Source of the DNA: Azolla caroliniana
Taxonomy: Eukaryota; Plantae; Polypodiophyta
Direction: 5' to 3'
Length of the DNA stretch: 64,000 nt
Assembly (NCBI GenBank): GCA_043228905.1
Contig: JBHGNT010000013.1
Span: 4,836,001 to 4,900,000 of the forward strand
Each line of letters starts with the position of its first letter. Position 1 is the stretch's first letter. The translations under genes and the position numbers were made by a program. This document shows positions 10,730 through 24,291 of this stretch, piece after piece. The notes beneath the pieces were generated by a model. That model did no database searches, was not told the origin of the DNA, and saw only the letters and a list, made by a program, of their open reading frames with translations.

Positions 10730-13348
10730 CCGTAGAGGCTCTTCTTCAACCGAAAAACCAGGTGCTCCTTCCCTTTCTCCACGAATCCTTCCGGTTGCTG
10801 CATGTAGATCTCCTCTTCGAGGTCACCGTGAAGGAATGTCGTCTTCACGTCCAACTGCTCTACCTCGAGGTCCATGCTTGCCGCTATACTCAGCACCGTC
10901 CGAATGGAGGTCATCTTTACTACCGGGGCAAATATCTCGTCGAAGTCCACACCCTTCTTCTGCTGGAACCCCTTCACCACGATCCTGGATTTGTATCTCG
11001 GGGGGTTGCCGGCATCCCGCGGTTTCAACTTGTACACCCACTCGTTTTGGAGTGCCCACTTTCCTTTCGCCAACTCCACCAATTCGTATGTATGGTTCTC
11101 GTGCAGGGAATCCATCTCATCCTGCATGGCACGTAACCATTTGCAGCTGTGGGTGTCATCCTTCGCTTCTTCGAAGCTTTCTGGCTCCCCCTCATTGGTT
11201 AGCAGCACATGCTCTGCATCCGGAAATCTCTGGGGGGCCCTTGTCTCTTTGAGAGGATATCCCCGTCTTTGGACTTTGGTAACCGGCTCCTCCATTTGCT
11301 CTTCATCCGAATCCGATTCGGGGTATTGGCCGGTTCCGGTTTCAGCTTCCTCTACTTCTTCTTCTGCCGGTTCGGTATCCTCACCGTAACCGGCCGGTTC
11401 CTCGAGTGCTAACCGGTCTCTTGCCGGTTGGGTCTGCTCATCGTAGAATCGATCCTTACCGGTCAACTCGGAGTTCATTATCTTCTTCTCTGACTCCCAG
11501 TCGGCGAGTGTCTTGTCCTCCATGAAGATAATATCTCGACTCCGGAATACCTTCTTGTTGACCAGGTCCCACACTTGGTAGCCGAACTCATCTCGTCGTA
11601 ACCGAGGAATATGCATGGCCGGGTCTTCGGATCTAGTTTTCCTCTCCGGTCCTTCAGATGCACGTACGCAAGACACCCGAATACCTTCAGATGCTGGTAG
11701 GACACTTCCTTACCGGTCCAGACTCTTTGTGGCGTGTCTCCGTCCAAGGGTACTGAGGGTGATCTGTTTATCACATATGTCGCCGTCGATAGTGCCTCAA
11801 CCCAAAACTTCTTGGGTAGTTTTGCATGCGCCAGCATACTCCGGACCCTCTCCATTATGGTCCAGTTCATCCTCTTGGCCAGCCCGTTTAGTTCCGGCGT
11901 TTTCGGCACGGTAAATTCGAGTCGGATTCCCTTCGAGCGACAATACTCCTCGAATTGCCCCCGGTATTCCCCTTCATTATCTGCTCGAACCGCCTTCAGC
12001 TTCCGGCCGGTTTCTCTTTCCACTCTCGTGTGGAGCTCTTTGAAGACGGATAACACCTGATCCTTCGTCTTCAACGGTGTGTCCCAAAGCTTCTGGCTAT
12101 GGTCATCTATGAACGTCACGAGGTACTGCGATCCGGCATGTGACTTCGTGTCCACTTGACATACATAAGTATGCACCAACTCCAATGGTGCATTATGTCT
12201 CATCGGTGGCCTCGATCAGAAGGAGGTCCGGTTTTGTTTACCGGCCAGACAATCAGTGTACTTCTCCAAGTGCATATTCTTCACTGGAATGAGGTTGTCG
12301 TCTGCAAGCCTCTTCATCCCCTTCTCGCTCATGTCACACAGTCTTTTGTGGCATAGCTCACGAGCAGTGTCGGATGCCACGTTCACTTCCTCCGGACATA
12401 ACCGGGCATTCATCAGGTACAACGTGTTTACCTTCTGGGCCCAAGCCACAATCAGGCTTCCTTTGCTGAACTTCATAACACCGTTCCGGATGCTACCCAT
12501 GTAGCCTTCATCATCTATCCTACCGGCTAATATCAGGTTCAGACGAACCTCCGGAACGTGTCGGACATCCTTCAGCAGCATGTTGCATCCGGTTGGTGTT
12601 GTCAGCCACACGTCTCCTATGCCGACCATCTGGAGCCGGTGAGCTTGAACATGCCTCCCAACGAATCGTCCATTTTTCTGTGTTGCCTCGCTCTGATACC
12701 ACTTGATAGGAACTACACGCTCCTTATGCATAATGCTCGGCCACAACCAAGCTTAGAATCAAACTCAGAAAACGGGTAATGAATGCATGACACAGTGAAG
12801 AGAAGAGAACACAAGATGTTATCGTGGAAAACCCAAACTGGGGAAAAAACCACGGCAGCCCACAGACTGCAAACTATCACTATATTAGAATGTACAATAG
12901 TAAAGCACCGAGGCAACGACTAATCTCTCTCACACTCTCTGTACACTGTTGCGCTCTAATCTTGCGCCAACAAGAATGACAACAACATTACACTAAGTTT
13001 GCGCTAAGTCATATTTATACTAATATGACTTTTCGGCTATTTACAAATATAGCCCCGATGGACTCTCAGAAACATATTTACGAATATGTCCCTTCATCCG
13101 GTGAGCACTCCTCACCGAGCCTGCATCATCCGGCGCTTGCTGGGTACTCTTCATCCGGCGCTTGCCGGGTACTTCTCATCGGTTTAGGGTTTAGGGTCTC
13201 TCGTTTTCGGGTACTCCTCATCCGGTTCTCATCGGGTCTTTCGTTTTCGGGTACTCCTCTTTCGGTTCTCACCGGGTCTTCCGTTGCCGGGTACTCCTTA
13301 TCCGGTTCTCACCAGGTCATCCTATCCGGAGGGACCTATTTCCTAACA
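10730..13348 (-). mobile_element. Ty1/Copia element (Tnt1/Tork-like), 5' part, gag internally deleted and frameshifted
   Basis: LTR 12704-13348 (TGATAGGA/TCCTAACA), Met PBS TGGTATCAGAGCG at about 12689-12701. GAG-pre-integrase, integrase (VRADNEGEY, TPELNG) and RT (QLDVKTTFLHGDLEEEIYM...LKKSLYG) are present; RT is cut by the Gypsy insertion. Confidence 0.9.
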
Positions 13349-14689
13349 CTTAGTCAGTTAGAAGAAGAGTTAAACGACTAAGTCCAGCCAAAATAGGAGC
13401 CGTTTGGTTGGACAGCCTTAGATCTGTGCAGCCCATTAGTGGTTCCATTCCCTCTAAGCAAGTTAGCAATGTGTTCGTAGCCCAAGTAACAGTTAGTACT
13501 AAAAGTACCCCTCTAGTACACGTCTTAGCACTTCTAGACTCCGGAGCTAATTCTTGCTTTATGGATAGGAATTTTGCCCAAGCTCATCAAATATCTCTTA
13601 GAAAACTCCCGTGTCCAGCCTCTGTAGTCGTCATTGATGGTCGTCCCATTGCTTCCGGAAATATCATAGAAGAGTCAGAACCCATTAATATTGTCCTAGA
13701 TAACTTAGCATGTGTAGTATCATTTAACATTATTAGTATCCCAGAACATCCCATCGTTTTGGGATTACCATGGTTCGAGTTACATAACCCAGACATAGAT
13801 TGGAGAACAAGAGAAATCCGGTGTCGACAAACCCGAGAATCTACTTAGAAGATTGCCACCATTTCACTACATCAGTTGTGGGAAGAAGGACGCAAGGAAG
13901 AAATGTTTCTCTTCGCAATATCACTAAAACCCTCTGACACCATTAAAGAGGAGTCCACCGTTTAGCTTCCAAAGAAGTATCATCATTATGCCGATGTATT
14001 CGATAAAGTACGAGCCAATACGCTTCCTCACCATCGACCATATGATTGCCCCATCGATTTAGAACCGAGGAAAGAGCCACCATGGGGACTGATCTACAAT
14101 TTGTCAACAACCGAGCTAGAAGTCCTTTGAGCCTATATAGAGGAGAATTTGGAGAATGGATTCATTCGACATTCGAAATCTCCAGCCGGCGCACCCATTT
14201 TCTTCGTCAAGAAAAAGGATGGCTCACTTCTTCTGGTGGTAGATTACCGTGGCTTGAATAAAGTTATAATCCGCAATAGGTATGCACTTCCCCTTATCTC
14301 AAGTCTTTTAGAACGGATCAATGGTGCCAGGTTCTTCACAAAGAACGACTTACGGGGGGGGGGGGGGCTATAACCTCGTACGGATCCGACCAGGAGATGA
14401 ATGGAAGATCGCGTTCCGCACTAGATATGGGCACTTCGATTATACGGTCATGCCGTTCGGCCTCACTAATGCGCCAACAGTCTTCCAGCACATGGCAAAT
14501 GATATACTGAGATCTCTTGGATGTGTGTCTGATCATCTACTTGGATGATCTACTGGTCTATTCAAAGACCGAAGAAGAGCATGATTCTCATGTACTATAA
14601 GTACTAAAACGACTTTGAGAACATGGTCTTTATGCAAAGCTAGAAAAATGTAGTTTTGGGTACAACCAGGTGGAATTTCTCGGCTACAT

Positions 14690-15436
14690 TGTCGTGCCTT
14701 TCGGCGTCAGATCGTTTGCGTGGGTCGGGTGGGAACCGCTGGGGTTTTGGACTAGGAAGAGGAGAGTTTTAAGGCTAATAAGAATATAAATATGTTGTAA
14801 GAAAGAGTTATAGCAAATTAGTGAATCCCACGAGTGTATTGTATTAGATTAATCAATATGAATATAATAATATAAATTTGGGTTGAAAGAGAATGATATA
14901 GAATCCTCGTGAATCCCACGAGTATAGTTTATTAATTGCTGTTTTTTAGAAACATATCCAGTTTCCAAATATTTTTCACCCCCATTACATTGTGCTCCTC
15001 ATCCTTATATAGAGCTGAGAGAATCTATTCCAACCCATTCGTTTTCTCTAACTATAGACTCCATGCTTTTTCTATACATAGACTATATGCTTTATCTAAA
15101 GTAATCATGTTTTTTCTAACTTGTGCGTTTTTTATAAACTATAGCGTTCATACACGCTAGAGGTGCATGCGTAGTTTTTTTTTCTTTTAGCATGCGTTTT
15201 CTTTTAACTAAAGTTTATCCTAGGTGAAGTTAGCTTTCTATGTGGGACATCTACTTTTTAATATTAATTAAATGCTAGTGTAATGGTAAGGTTTCACATT
15301 ATTAACATGGAGGTGCAAGGTTTGAATTTTGCCCTATGCATGTTATATATATTTTAATATTTTCTACTATTTATTCATATTTATTAAATCGGTAGTTTAT
15401 AAGTTTTTCACGTAGTGTACGAAATACACTATGACA
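14690..15436 (-). mobile_element. Solo LTR (Gypsy, probably Trp-primed group), 4-bp TSD
   Basis: TGTCGTG...TATGACA termini, flanked by ACAT/ACGT where copy 1 has a single ACAT; homologous to the LTR at 53673-54842. Confidence 0.85.
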
Positions 15437-16220
15437 ACGTCATTTCATCAGAAGGCATCTCCATGGACGTAGCTAAGGTCAAGACGGTGGTAGAATGGCA
15501 GACTCCGCGCTCGGTGCAGGATGTGCAATGCTTTTTTGGCTTTGTCAATTTCTACCGGAAGTTTATACAAGATTACTCAAAGCTCGTTCTGCCTCTCACA
15601 CAGCTTACCAGGAAGGGACATCGTTCATTTGGTCTGAAGAAGCAAATATGACTTTCGAGAGTCTTAAAAAGGCATTTACATCGGCTCCAATTCTAGCTCA
15701 TGTCGATCCGGAAAAACCAATCATCATCGAAGCTGACGCATCGGATTTCGCATCGGGGAGCATTCTGTCACAACGGGGTAATGATGAGAAGCTACATTCT
15801 ATGGCTTTTAACTCACGCAAGTTTGACGCCGCTGAAATCAACTACGAAATTCATGATAAGGAGCTATTGGCAATAGTGGACTCGTTTATGCAATGGAGGC
15901 ATCTTTTAGAGGGATCCTCTCATCAAGTCACCATATTCAGTGACCATAAAAACCTTGCCTACTTTCAGGATGCTCGTGTGTTAAATCGACGTCAAGCTCG
16001 GTGGGCCCACTTCCTCACGCGTTTCGACTTCAAAATTACATATCATCCGGGGAAGCACCAAGGGAAGGCAAATGCATTATCACGGCGTTCGTATCTAACA
16101 CCACGTCCCGGCGAGCCAGCTTTCGATAACCAAAAGCAAGTAATCTTCGGACCGGCACGACTGCAAGCAACACAAGTTTTTGGCATGCCCATGGATTCCC
16201 ACGTTATCAATATCATACGT

Positions 16221-18111
16221 TGTCACGAAGTTTCGCGCACGTGTGTTACTTGGGCGGGACCACGGGGGTCTTGGACTAGGGAGTACTCAAGGGATAGAGA
16301 AGAACCGAGGTTTGCTTTACGACAATACTACTTCCCGACCCCTTCCTGACCAAGGTCTCGTTGCCCTTTGTTTTGTGAGGCCGGTGGCTCTCATTGATCA
16401 CGACTCGTCGACCTTTCGAGATCACCGCACGAGCCAAGTGACCAAACGGGTACGAGCAAGATGAGCACGCAACATGAACGCACAAGGGGACGATAACACA
16501 AACACGAATGTCCGTACGTCTTTATGAGGAGGGGAGGTGCATGGGCACGCCCGAACACTCCCTCGTTACAAGACGTTGAGCATACGAGGAAGACACAAAA
16601 CACATGCACAAATGCTCGTACGCCTTTATGAGGAGGAGAGGTGCATGGGCAAGCCCGAACGCTCCCTCGTCACGAGACGGCCAAACGTACAAGGAAGACA
16701 CAAACACACGCACAAAATGCTCGTATGCCTTTATGAGGAGGAGAGGTGCATGGGCAAGCCCGAAATGGTCCCTCGTCATGAGACGGCCGAACGTACAAGG
16801 AAGACACAAACACACGCACAAAATGCTCGTACGTCTTTATGAGGAGGAGAGGTGCATGGGCACGCCCGAAACGCTCCCTCGTCACAAGACGACCGAACGT
16901 ACAAGGAAGACACAAAAACACACACAAATGCTCGTACGCCTTTATGAGGAGGAGAGGTGCATGGGCAAGCCCGAACGGTCCCCTCGTCACAAGACGACCG
17001 AACGTACAAGGAAGACACAAACACACACACAAATACTCGTACGCCTTTATGAGGAGGAGAGGTGCATGGGCAAGCCCGAACGGTCCCCTCGTCACAAGAC
17101 GACCGAACGTACATGGAAGACACAAACACACACACAAATGCTCGTACGCCTTTATGAGGAGGAGAGGTGCATGGGCAAGCCCGAACAGTCCCCTCGTCAC
17201 AAGAAGGCTGAACGTACAAGATAGACACGAATAAAGAAAGAAGGAGAGAAAGAAACACGAATGATATCGACCAAAGAGATAAATACGTGTTCTATTCCAA
17301 CACAGGTGGACCCTTTATAAAATAGGGTTTTGTTTACAATGGCAACTTATAGTTAACCACAAGCTCAATCAAAATGTAAATATTAAATGCCCTTAGAGAC
17401 AAAAGCAAATCCGATCACGGCGAAGATGAACACACGAGCACCACCAAAATGCCAATCCCAACGAACCATGACCACCCGAATGGCGAGCACACGGGCTCGC
17501 AACGACGAACGGGGCGGAGCAACGTTGAACCAATGAAGCTTGGGCTCACGAGCACTTTGAGTGCTGACGCGAAGAATACGAGCACGTGGCGATGGGGGGA
17601 TGAAGGGGTATGAGATGAAGAGAAGTGCTGAATAAGGAGATGAAGAGCTTCAAAGGAAAATTGGCAATAGTCTCCTCCTCCCAAAACCTCCTCCCGAATG
17701 AGCCCCCCCTTGACCTCTTTTTATAGGGAAAAAAGAAGGGGGGGTCGCCAAATTTGTCTTGAATGAAAAAGGAATAAAATTCCTTAAATAACACTACATT
17801 GTAAGTCCAAATTTGAACCATGCACCTCTAGCTAATAGTCAATGTGACTATCCACTAGGCCACTAACTCTCTCTTATATAATATATAATTCTATCTCTAT
17901 AAATTCATAACCTGTCTCCCCTGTACCTTTTATCTCTCCTCTCTCTTACTTTTTGCACGAGCTTCTATACCTCCTTTTCACCCTTTCTTTTCCTTTTTAT
18001 TTTGCATATGCACAATTAATCGCTTTTGTGTGCACACACATTGCACATGCACATTTTTGACCCCCCCTTTTCGCCGGTTTTTCCCACTCTCGAGCACGCC
18101 ACATCACGACA
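16221..18111 (-). mobile_element. Large solo LTR with an internal tandem array, 4-bp TSD ACGT
   Basis: TGTCACG...CACGACA termini, ACGT at 16217-16220 and 18112-18115; shares the end-proximal hairpin motif of the Trp-primed LTRs. Confidence 0.85.
16495..17230. repeat. Tandem array, about 7 units of about 105 bp
   Basis: Repeating unit CACAAATGCTCGTACGCCTTTATGAGGAGGAGAGGTGCATGGGCAAGCCCGAAC...CGTACAAGGAAGACACAAAC. Confidence 0.95.
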
Positions 18112-19873
18112 ACGTGCAGACCTGAAGACAGATGCTTTCACCCAAGCTATACTAGCACAAATTGATCCCTCTCGAGTGTCGTGTTCACAGTCGCAACCAC
18201 TAGGTATGGACTATCGGCAATTCAAATACCATGATGGATTACTCTTCTTTAAAGAACTTTTGTATGTTCCTTATGGTTCTTGCCGCCTTCGAGTAGTACA
18301 AAACTGTCATGACACATATACAACTAGGCATTTTGGTAGTATTAAAACATTAGATTTAGTACAACGATCATTCTGGTGGCCCCATATGCGACATTTTGTC
18401 AAAGATTTTGTTCAGACTTGTCATACATGTTGTAGAGCGAAAATGCCAAGGAATCATCCATATGGTTTATTAGAACCATTACCAATTCCAAGCAAGCCGT
18501 GGCAATCCATTGCTCTAGACTTCATCACAAATTTTCCAATCTCTAAGGGGTTCAATGCGATTCTAACAATGGTAGATCGATATATGAAGATGGCTCATTT
18601 CTTTCCATGTACTAAGGAAATCTCCAGTGAAGACACCGCCAAAATTGTCATGCGTGAAGTATGTCGGCATCATGGACTTCCCAACAGTATCGTCAGCGAC
18701 CATGGACCCCAGTTCGTGTCAAAATTCTAGAAGCACCTTTTTAAAATGCTCAAGGTCACTTGTAACCTCTCCTCCGGCTACCACCCACAAATTGACAGCC
18801 AAGCCGAACGAACAAATCAAACACTGGAGCAGTATTTGTGGTGCTTTCTCCGCTCTCATCAGGATAATTGGGCAAATATTCTCCACTTCGCCGAATTTTC
18901 CTATAATAACTCTATCCACGCATCGACTAAAGTTACGTCATTTTATGCTTATACGGGATGTCACCCTCGGTGGAGAGTACTTGAAACCCCAGAGGTGTCC
19001 ACAAATCCTTGCGTGGAGGATCGTTTGGAGCAGTTATGCAAGATACAAGCAGATTTATCTACTCATCTCCAGCAAGCTCAACAAACACACAAGGTCTACG
19101 CTGATCTTCATCGACTTCCATCTAGTTTTAACATTGGAGATCGGGTGTGGCTGCTACGACGCCACATCAAGACTACTTGCCCATGTGAGAAGTTGGATTA
19201 TCGGCGATTAGGTCCTTTCCGTATTATCATAAAGATTAATGATGTCGCTTTTCGTCTCGATCTACCCCCTCAACTTCGGATACGTCCAGTGTTTCATAGT
19301 TCTCTCCTCCAACCCTATCACGAGAGCACCATGCCAGGACTTATTATACAACCTCCACCCCTAATCGAGCTTGAAGATGGACCAGAGTATGAGGTTGCCT
19401 CCATCCTTGATTCCAAGATTGTTCGCAACAAGCTCTACTATCTAGTCGATTGGCTAGGCTATAGTCCCAACGAACGTACTTGGGAACCGATCGAGAATGT
19501 GATCAATGCTCGTGTGCTTCTTGAAGACTTCCATTGTCAATATCCACACAAACCGGGTCCTCCATCCAAAATGACTCGTGACACTCGTCGAAAGGGGGAT
19601 AGTGTCATGATATGGCAAGACTCGAACCCATGACCTTAGGTTATATGGGTCGAGCTTTTGACCATTATATCATCTATTGTAATACACAAAATATTATTTT
19701 CATTTACATTTTATTATAGGAAATTAATGTATATTCCAGATTGCTCTGGAACATTCTAGAAGCTTCAGGATTACTCCTGAGAACACTATAAAAGAGGGCA
19801 CTAGGCATTATGTTGAACCATAGCCTCATAGCCCTTTTGTACTTACTCTTCTTATAATATATAATCTATTATC

Positions 19874-19926
<53 letters not shown>

Positions 19927-20077
19927 CTCACTATCTCTCTCTCTCCTCTTCTCTCTTCCTCTCTCAGGAGTCTTACGCAGTCCCGTCCTCTTAGTACTAA
20001 TAGTACTTCCCTTCTCTAGTACTAATTCTCTCTCTGTTTAGTACTAATCCTCTCTCTGTTTAGTACTATTCTTGACA

Positions 20078-23000
20078 CCAACCCTCATGTTTCAAACTCA
20101 ACTCAGCTCGATGCCAGGAACGCTCCGTTTTCGATGGACAGGGCCCTTCTCAATTATCGATGAATTTAACGGAACATTCCAACTCGGTACATTGGTCGTC
20201 AACGTCGTGCGAAAGTGGGTCAATGGGTTTCGGTTAAAACTATACTTCGACCATACCCCATCCAACCCTTTTGTTGGTAAACAACACAGTCAAGACCCGC
20301 CCACAGTAGGTGAAACAGAGGATTTCGGGGGTCACTGGCCCCAATCCCAGTAATTAGTCTACCTACCGCCGGAATTGTATACTATGTGAAAAAAAATGAA
20401 GAAAAAAAGAAAAGAAAAAGAGACCCACTAAGTAAGTATTTAAGGAGCATGCACGACTCACGAGAAAAGAAAGTACAAATGGTTTTTCGCCGCATGGTCT
20501 TTACACCTTATTATGGTTGCCAAGATTCTGAATCTAGGGCACAAGGCCACATCTCCAGAACCAAGGTACCTACAAAAAGGAGGGCACCACAGGTATAACA
20601 CTCACTCATGCACAGACGCGCGAAGCCCTCAAGCTCTCTCGCCTTCTACACAAACGTTATCCCACTTCAGACTTTCTACATAGAAGCTTCTTCACAATCC
20701 CTATCTCCTTACCCCCCTATTCACTCTTCCTCTTCCAAAAGGATCATGTTGCTCGAAGTGTCCAAAGAACTCCGCACTTGGCTGAAAAGGCACAGTTTGG
20801 GTGGATGCACTTCCCCACCCCGAGGCATAGGAGATCGCACGTTGAGTGCATACCGACACCATCACCAACAATCAGAACCGGTCAGTGTTGGGCCTGCAGG
20901 GAGGAGGAGAACATGACATCAAGGCTCAGCCTCAGAACATCCTCGAAGAATATTTCAGGGGTTACTCGTTGTCCACCAAGGCATATCGAACACATGGTAG
21001 GCCTAACAAGTTCATTGGCGATCTCGCCAAAATTCTTTTGGAGTTTGGCTACGTACACGCTAACGCGTACAACATGCAACAGAAAAAGGTTGACATCATC
21101 ATCACGGCATATAGAGGCGGCGCCCTCGATTGGGCATCATCACTGGGGACAGAGTTTGTGCCGCCTTGTCGGCTTTTCAGGCAGGTAAAAGGTTCTTGCC
21201 TGCTTTAGCACATTCCTTAGTTGTGCTTTACCCCCCCTAATCCTTGACCACACCTCGTCAAACTCTTGCCCTCCTCGCCACATCCACGCATGCGAAATGC
21301 CAATGAGCTCTTTAGTTAGCTCAAGAGGAATGGCAAGATGACACATCGGTTTGAACCCCTACATCATCGTGACCGATAATTGACTCCAAGACCTAGGAAA
21401 CTGAAGACAATATCACCATAAGACGGCACAAAAAACCTAAATCATCTGCCTTGGTGGATAAACCAAACTAAAAATGGCCAGCATGCGACCGGACCATTAG
21501 GAGGACACTCGGACAACCACGGGAAATAGCAGACAATCCTCCGGGGAGCAACCCAAAAGGCTCAGAGATGGATCTGTGGACACGCAAAGGAGCCCTGCCA
21601 AGAAACGCCGCAGGTTGCAACACCACAATGAAGAAAAAACTCAAAGGGGATTCTTCGTCTGAGAAATGGCAACTAGTCATTGCTCCCGCCAAAACCGTCG
21701 CAGTCATCACGGACAAGGCCTTGTCCTTAACAGGAAATATGAAGCAAGGACAACATTCTCGTTTCTTGAAGGAGGAAGTAATGACCTTTAAGGACTTGCC
21801 TGTCGAGTCCTACGAGCTCAACGCGATCTTAAAACACGACACGGCGTACGAGTTAATCGACTTCCTCACTCGCTTCCACATTGTTGCTACGGCACGCATG
21901 GCTCAAGACCATGCCGAACAACAGATGGTCCTACGGGCGTTAGGCAATGGGCTCGAATCCGACGAGGAGCCGCAGCTACAGAAGATCAACCGGAAACGCA
22001 TAACCAAAAACCGTTCCGCTCGGATCGAGCTACCGAACCTCAACACGGCTTTGATCGAGGTTTTCGGCGAATTGGAGAAAAGGACCCGCACTACCAAGGA
22101 CATGGCGGTTAGTAGAAAAAAAGTGCGCAAACAAGCCAAAATGGCCACGGAGTTATGGCAGGCCTCGGAAAGCCGCCTGACCGAGCTTCAACACCGGCTC
22201 CGCAAATCCGGAGAACCCAAACTTCTCACCTTACCAACCCTTGATTCCAATCTGGCTGAGGTGTCCACACAAATGGATGAGCCCAACCCTCCCAAGCTAG
22301 TGGAGGTGTCCACCCAAATGGATGAGCCAAGCAACTCGGTAACAACCACGGTAACGGCCGAGGCTCCAACCTGTGATTGCGACGAAGAGCTTGCGGTGCA
22401 AACGGCAATTGCCCAGAAAGCCAAGGGGCGCTACGAAACGGCCAAAGAAGAAGTTTACCAACTACGAGCGCAAGTAGCGAAACACGAAGTAGCACTCCCA
22501 CAGCTACTCGACGCACAGACGGCTCAACTTCAGGAGACTGAAAAGAATGTCGTTGCATCCCTTAAGGACACTAACAAACTCGCGGTAGCAAAATTAGTGG
22601 AAGTAGAGGAAGAGCATCCACGGGCATCTCACCAAAAAACCAAAGAACTCGTAACTCCGTAGAATGAACTCTCGGAACTCCAGGTTCGTGCAAGTCGGGA
22701 CCTTCACAAGCTAGACGAAACCAAGAAGCAGCGAGTGGCATTGTCGGAGTCACTTCACCAGCTGCAAATATTTGTGACCGTAGAACTCAAACAGCAACAA
22801 CACCATTATATGTAGGAGTTAGCCGATAATTCGGATCGACTCCTCTAACGTTACGACATGTATACGAAGAAGCTGGAGGCACAACTCGTCAACGCTATAG
22901 TATCGTGTGACATCCTCAAAGCCAAGCTCAAACGGGACGCTGAGAAAGCTCAAGACAAACTGAAAACCCTCCAAGCCAAATATGAAATGGGCGAAGCACA

Positions 23001-24291
23001 AATCAAAGCCCTAGTGGCCAAGCACCGTCTAAAGCTAAACCAAAAATTCAAGGAGACACTCGCTCGAGCCTCGAATGAATGGTTGGCTAAAGCAGCCGAA
23101 TTATAGGTCTTCCGAGTAGACGCAGAAAATCGGGAAAAAGCGAGCCGTGGATTCTAAAAAATGAATGAGAACAGCATCCAGATTCTCTGTGAAGATTTCA
23201 CTAAGGAATTCCACCCCCTCGCGCATATGCACACAACAGCCATCGGTAACCTCCTCGAATAATTCAACGATGATTAGTTGTTGCTCATGCTAGAAACGAA
23301 AGGCTATGAAAAAGTGTGCATCCTAGCTAAAAAGGAAGCAAAATCCACCGCGCAGGAATCAACAACCCATGTAACTGAGGAAGCAGCCAAGAGTAGAAAG
23401 AAGAAGAGGACACACGGCTGAAGTAGAAACAAAGCAAGGGGCTGAACAAACCACAGAACCCCAACAGGACGCACCGACTCCAGCATCCACGATGGAGACT
23501 CTAGATCAACAGCTCGACGTATCGGCCAAGTTACACACCGAGTTTCCAAATTAAGAGTCATCTCAAGCACAGACGAAACCACCTGCCCTTGTGAGTACCA
23601 TGCCAAGGGTCAAAGAGACGACCAATCTCCAAATCGGATCATCACAACAATCGGAGGACACCCTTGCCATTTTGGAAGAAGAATGAGGGCACTATAGCGA
23701 AGTTTTTTTCGGCTAACTATCATTTCGATTTTTTTCGGTCTATGTTTTTTTTTAGAAACTTTTTGAGGATTCAGGTTCATCGTGCAAGGCATTGTCCCAC
23801 GGGTGTGCCAAGTGTTATCCGTGGAACAAAAGACACAAAGTGTGAAACGAACCTAAAGGGACGACTAGGTAAATTAGGTGAAAAGAGAAACGACCAAACG
23901 TGAAGGAGTAGCTGAACGTAATACACACAGCCAAGAATAGAGGCCGAAAATCAGAGGATTGGTTGGAAGCATGCTGAGGGGATACAAAAGCTATATAAAG
24001 TGGGGAGCAGCAACAGAATAGAGGAGAGGGATAGAGAGATATACTTGTTATGCTAGAAAGAGGGGATTTTATGTCTATTTTTCTGTGAGAAAGTGAACAA
24101 TAATATCGTTTATGAACCGTGTAACCAATTTATAAAGTAATTCTATAATACATACGTGGTTTCAGGTCAATTTCCAGTGTCCTTCAATATTCATCTATAC
24201 GGTTGGGTTTTATTCCTACTCATAAAACGTAAGTCATAAGACCAGTTGTGGCCAGCCACTTCATAACTAATCGGCTTGATCAGCCCTAACA
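20078..24291 (+). mobile_element. 3' part of a non-chromoviral Gypsy (element A): integrase C-terminus, decayed extra ORF, 3' LTR
   Basis: LRFRWTGPF...VNGFRLK matches the integrase end at 37225-37788; putative LTR 23813-24291 (TGTTA...TAACA). Confidence 0.8.
20746..23600 (+). pseudogene. Extra ORF after pol in element A, frameshifted
   Basis: Fragments WLKRHSL, VLGL...EEYF.GYSLSTKAYRTHG, IITAYRG..LDW, a coiled coil and AAEL..FRVDAENR...KMNENSI align by eye with the extra ORFs of elements B and C. Confidence 0.75.

Larger units (their letters stand above)
13349..20077 (+). mobile_element. Decayed chromovirus copy 2 (gag end to 3' LTR), interrupted by two solo LTRs
   Basis: Pieces 13349-14689, 15437-16220 and 18112-20077 are colinear with copy 1 and carry many stops and frameshifts. 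The 3' LTR is 19603-20077. The 5' part is displaced left of the window by the Copia insertion. Confidence 0.92.

Noticed and set aside
14354-14368. Poly-G run in chromovirus copy 2 RT as a regulatory element
   Set aside because: Copy 1 has GGGGAG here; this is a homopolymer expansion or sequencing artefact in a dead copy.
16495-17230. 105-bp repeats as a CRISPR array, hammerhead ribozyme array or repeat-protein gene
   Set aside because: There are no unique spacers and the context is eukaryotic. The hairpin followed by GAA lacks the CUGANGA core. ORFs in several frames on both strands are a by-product of a stop-poor unit.
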